From Octopus sinensis (taxonomy: Eukaryota), in NCBI RefSeq assembly GCF_006345805.1, contig NW_021827721.1, positions 1 through 10,068 of the forward strand: a stretch of 10,068 nt of DNA, written 5' to 3'. The notes below the pieces were generated by a model. It worked only from the letters and a program-made list of their open reading frames with translations. It searched no databases and had not been told where the DNA came from. Below are positions 7,128-10,068 of this stretch, one piece after another. How positions within the stretch are numbered: the stretch's first letter is position 1; every line of letters begins with the position of its first letter. The position numbers and the translations under genes are program-made.

Positions 7128-7693
7128 AATTGGGTTCTCTGGAAGTTCTGTCCGATTTATAGTAGCTTACCTTTCGACTTATTTTAGAACATGGTTGAGT
7201 CCATAAAATAGGATTTGACTCCACCTCCATTTAGAGCACAGTTTAAGCTATCTATTTGTGGAAGAAGGTTTATGTTCCTATAACCTGTGTTAATTCTGTA
7301 ACCCTTTAAAATGGAAAATAAGAAAGTTCATTTTCGGCACTTGATGCTTTGGGAACCAGACAAAAATTGCTGCAGCTCGGCTGGGATGTGTTACTCCACC
7401 CTCCATATTCCCCAGATATTGCTCGTTCGGATTTCCACTTATTCAGGTCTCTGCAGAATAGTCTTAATTGTAAAAATTTCAATTCCTTGGATGACGTAAA
7501 AAGATACCTTGATGAATTCTTTGCCATGAAACCACCTCAATTCTGGGAAGAGGGTGCTTTCAAGTTAAAGGAAAGATGGAGACACATTGTGCAACAAAAT
7601 GGTTCATATTTGGTTGATTAAAAATGTAATGGCAAGTATTTATTAACCTTTTTCTTTCCGTTAAAAATCGCACGAACTTTCCGACAACCCATA
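7128..7693 (+). mobile_element. Internally deleted mariner (Tc1/mariner, DD34D type; mellifera-like ends)
   Basis: Damaged left TIR at 7128, 5' UTR, transposase remnants, 3' UTR and a damaged right TIR at 7665-7693. It is 566 bp, versus about 1.3 kb for typical full-length mariners. Confidence 0.92.
7311..7621 (+). pseudogene. Mariner transposase pseudogene: N-terminal ~15 codons fused out of frame to the C-terminal ~90 codons
   Basis: ATG at 7311 gives MENKKVHFRHLMLWE, a mariner-like N-terminus. The frame from 7349 gives LGTRQKLLQLGWDVLLHPPYSPDIARSDFHLFRSLQNSL...WRHIVQQNGSYLVD*, containing the YSPDLAPSD-type motif with the third catalytic Asp. The DNA-binding domain and the first two Asp regions are deleted. 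Confidence 0.95.
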
Positions 7694-7697
7694 TATA

Positions 7698-7922
7698 CAT
7701 TGGGTTGTCCGGAAAGTTCGTCGTGCCGATCTATAATAGTTGCCTTTCGACTTACCCTCCCAGGCACCTCAATTCTGGGAAGAGGGTATTTTCAAGTTAA
7801 AGAAAGATGGACGCATTGGGCACAAAAGGTTGATATTTGGTTGATTAAAAATGTTAATGGCAAGTATTTCTTGACCTTTTGTCTTCCCTTTAAAAATCGC
7901 ACAAACTCCGGACAACTCAATA
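7698..7922 (+). mobile_element. Mariner-derived MITE copy 1 (~225 bp, degraded)
   Basis: Left end up to CGACTTA + filler CCCTCCCAGG + the last ~160 bp of the mariner. Both TIRs carry mutations. Confidence 0.9.
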
Positions 7923-7934
7923 TATATATATATA

Positions 7935-8164
7935 TATTGGATTGTCCAGAAAGTTCGTGCCGATCTATAGTAGCTTACCTTTCGACTTACCCTCCCAGGC
8001 ACCTCAATTCTGGGAAAGAGGTATTTTCAAGTTAAAGGAAAGGTGGAGACGGATTGTGCAACAAAATGGTTCCATATTTGGTTGATTAAAAATGTAATGG
8101 CAAGTATTTATTAACCTTTTTCTTTCCGTTAAAAATCGGCACGAACTTTCCGGACAACCCAATA
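7935..8164 (+). mobile_element. Mariner-derived MITE copy 2 (230 bp)
   Basis: Same junction as copy 1. The left TIR has 2 substitutions and the right TIR is perfect. It is separated from copy 1 by (TA)8 at 7921-7936. Confidence 0.92.
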
Positions 8165-8280
8165 GTTATAGATACAAAACTATCTAATTACTCGTCTCAG
8201 GCATAACTTGGCGATCGGTCGACTTACAACACCGTTCTTCGTCTTGTGTTTACTTCGTTAACTTGACAACAAGGTCAAGG

Positions 8281-8366
8281 TGAGCTCTGATTGGCTGTAT
8301 GCAAATGAGTTCGTTTCTGGGGTCCGGAACTCTCGTGGAAAAAAAAAATTCGCGCCCGGGGCAGCA
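8281..8366 (-). repeat. Right arm of the inverted repeat, with ATTGG (8290-8294) and ATGCAAAT (8299-8306)
   Basis: Reverse complement of 5545-5634. Confidence 0.95.
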
Positions 8367-8478
8367 CTTCAGTTTTCCACCCCAGAGTTCCTACAGAAAA
8401 TACATATTGTCTGCATCAGAACCAAAAGTGGCGCCGCCCCATAAAAGTGCCACCCGGAGCGGAGCTTCCCCTGTGTGA

Positions 8479-8637
8479 CCCCTTAGGGGAAGTGTCGTCT
8501 ACTGCAGCCTAGGACCGAGCAAAACCATGTGAATAGGTTTGGTAGTCGGAAAAGAAACCCGTTATGTGTGTGTGTGTGTGTGTGTGTGTGTCATTCACCA
8601 CCATTTGACAACCGATGTTGGTGTGTTTACGTTCTCC
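8479..8637 (+). mobile_element. Degenerate headless SINE family A body with (TG)n
   Basis: CCTTAGGGGAAGTGTCGTCTACT...TTTGGTAG.CGGAAA...(TG)n...TTGACAACCGATGTTGGTGTGTTTACG aligns to family A. Confidence 0.7.
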
Positions 8638-8646
8638 TGACTTTCC

Positions 8647-8677
8647 GAAGTTGCTGGCCTTGTGCCAAAATTTGAAA
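8647..8677 (+). mobile_element. SINE family C 3' tail fragment
   Basis: TTGCTGGCCTTGTGCCAAAATTTGAAA is the reverse complement of ~655-683. Confidence 0.6.
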
Positions 8678-8737
8678 TTAGTATTGTTTTCTAACTGATA
8701 ATAGAAGGCCACACACTTGATGGAAGGTTATAGTCTT

Positions 8738-8854
8738 TTGGCAAAGTCGTTAGAGCGTTGGAATGAACGCCGTGCGATGGTATGTTTCGGTTCGCTGTAC
8801 TCTGAGTTCTAATCCTGCCCGAGGTCAACTTCGCCTTTCATCATTTTTGGGACC
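8738..8854 (+). mobile_element. Highly diverged SINE family C head
   Basis: TTGGCAAAGTCGTTAGAGCG...CTCTGAGTTCTAATCC.GCCCGAGGTCAACTTCGCCTTTCATC aligns to 836-945. Confidence 0.65.
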
Positions 8855-8897
8855 TTGTTGTTGTTCTTGTTCTTCTTGTTCTTCTTCATCTTCTTCT
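8855..8897. repeat. (TTG)/(TTC) trinucleotide repeat
   Basis: Directly visible. Confidence 0.85.
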
Positions 8898-8946
8898 GCT
8901 ATGTCATAAAGGATAGGGGACCCTACTCACTTAATTGCATCTCCAG

Positions 8947-9049
8947 ACCAGCTTGGAAGAACCACCCACCACTCTCCAAGAGTTCGTAGTTGCCGATGAT
9001 GATGATGATGATTACAACTGTCGCTTACCAACAACATTGCAGAGTCGGG
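8947..9049 (+). other. Candidate 103-nt internal exon (TSLEEPPTTLQEFVVADDDDDDYNCRLPTTLQSR)
   Basis: CTCAC at 8926-8930, CATCTCCAG acceptor ending at 8946, and GGG/GTGAGT donor at 9050. Only one of the three frames is open. I do not recognise a homologue. Confidence 0.2.
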
Positions 9050-9416
9050 GTGAGTGGGGGGGGGGGGGAATACACCTCAGGGGGAACATTTTTACATACT
9101 GTATACAAATATGGTGGGGGCTCTCAAAAATGTAATGTAATGTAGTGAGTTGAAAAACTTTGATCAACAGATATTACTCGACAAAATCAGTACATGAAAA
9201 CCCCCTTGAGAAGTGTTTAAGATCTAAAAACAACAAACAAGGGCGATGCGAATCTACTCCAGTTTCTCTTGTCTGTATTGTCCAAAAATTCCACTCGACT
9301 GAAAATAAAATTGTTTATTTTATTATTCGTGAATTGTTGGAATCTTTGGATGGAAATTATAAAATTCTATTCACAGTTCAGGCTGCTACGATATTTTTAA
9401 AGAATGAACGAGGAGT

Positions 9417-9826
9417 GGCGCAGGAGTGGCTGTGTGGTAAGTAGCTTGCTAACCAACCACATGGTTCCGGGTTCAGTCCCACTGCGTGGCCCTTGGGCAA
9501 GTGTCTTCTGCTATAGCCCCCGGGCCGACCAATGCCTTGTGAGTGGATTTGGTAGACGAAAACTGAAAGAAGCCTGTCGTATATGTATATAATATTATGT
9601 ATGCGTGTGTGTTTGTGTGTCTGTGTTTGTCCCCCTAGCATTGCTTGACAACCAATGGTGGTGTGTTTACGTCCCCGTCACTTAGCGGGTTCGGCAAAAA
9701 AAAAGACCGATAGAATAAGTACTGGGCTTACAAAGAATAAGTCCTGGGGTCGATTTGCTCGACTAAAGGCGGTGCTCCAGCATGGCCGCAGTCAAATGAC
9801 TGAAACAAGTAAGGGAGAAAGAGAGG
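9417..9826 (+). mobile_element. SINE family A, full length
   Basis: Colinear with 199-640 and shares the TAGCCCC..GGGCCGACCAATGCC variant with it. Confidence 0.9.
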
Positions 9827-9896
9827 ACATTTTCTGAGACTGGATGAGTTTGTTAGAAAATGGCCGAAATTGATGAAAGAACGACCATGCATTCAT

Positions 9897-9960
9897 GTCA
9901 TACACACACATACATATACGCATACATACATACATGCATGCATGCATACATACATACACA
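9897..9960. repeat. (CA)/(CATA)/(CATG) microsatellite
   Basis: Directly visible. Confidence 0.9.
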
Positions 9961-10068
9961 CTGCCTAAGTATCAATCTTGAGAAATTAGGCTTCCCAAAA
10001 ACAGAAAGGAGAAAGCTTATTTGAAGACGGCAGATTCAGGCCATCACTGGAACTGTAAAGATCTGTAA
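9956..10068 (+). pseudogene. C-terminal fragment of a non-LTR retrotransposon ORF with a restriction-like endonuclease (R4/Dong-like); runs off the window
   Basis: The frame from 9956 reads THCLSINLEKLGFPKTERRKLI*RRQIQAITGTVKIC. This resembles the L..LG...IQ....GT.KI C-terminal motif of R4/Dong-clade ORFs. The in-frame TGA is compatible with CpG decay of CGA. Assigned from memory of the motif. Confidence 0.5.

Larger units (their letters stand above)
5960..8164 (+). mobile_element. Mariner composite bounded by a perfect TA-flanked TIR pair
   Basis: 5960-5991 TATTGGGTTGTCCGGAAAGTTCGTGCCGATTT is the exact reverse complement of 8133-8164 (30-bp TIR plus TA at each end). Confidence 0.85.
5525..8480. 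mobile_element. Putative non-autonomous DNA-transposon-like host element (possibly hAT-type) interrupted by the mariner composite
   Basis: Inverted repeat arms 5545-5634 and 8281-8366, and repeated GC-rich TGCCGCC-like motifs at 5545, 8361-8366 (inverted), ~8432 and ~8448. SINE remnants are cut abruptly at both edges. I could not define a terminal TIR pair or TSD, so the superfamily is uncertain. Confidence 0.4.

Noticed and set aside
5960-7250. CRISPR-like reading of the regular array
   Set aside because: The segments between the 30-bp repeats are near-identical rather than unique spacers, the repeat is a mariner TIR, there are no cas genes and the context is eukaryotic.
7349-7621. Functional 90-aa transposase CDS
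   Set aside because: The TTG start is at a deletion junction. The DNA-binding domain and most of the catalytic domain are absent.
8272-8283. AGGTCA-AGGTGA nuclear-receptor-like direct repeat
   Set aside because: A single short motif inside a probable transposon, with no independent support.
9160-9444. 94-aa ORF
   Set aside because: It has a TTG start, no recognisable motif, and runs into a SINE head.
5766-9890. Exact 12-mer GAACGACCATGC at 5766-5777 and 9879-9890
   Set aside because: A few 12-mer matches are expected by chance in 10 kb, and the similarity does not extend.

Overview
Eukaryotic, non-genic or intronic, repeat-saturated DNA. The SINE repertoire and long microsatellites look like an octopus (coleoid cephalopod) genome; this is recognition from memory, not verified by a search. 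I find no intact protein-coding gene, RNA gene or CRISPR array. Most of the window consists of three tRNA-derived SINE families (called A, B and C here), compound microsatellites and two dead LINE fragments. The standout is 5545-8366. A ~90-bp inverted repeat carrying octamer and CCAAT motifs brackets a 2.2-kb mariner composite (5960-8164). That composite consists of a 144-bp satellite built from the mariner left end (8 full units plus a ninth end, each with a TIR), an internally deleted mariner, and two head-to-tail mariner MITEs. Its outermost ends form a perfect TA-flanked 30-bp TIR pair. Each satellite unit carries a 20-bp segment found neither in the element body nor in the present flank, which suggests the array formed elsewhere and was transposed here as cargo. 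A few weak exon candidates occur in the non-repeat islands.
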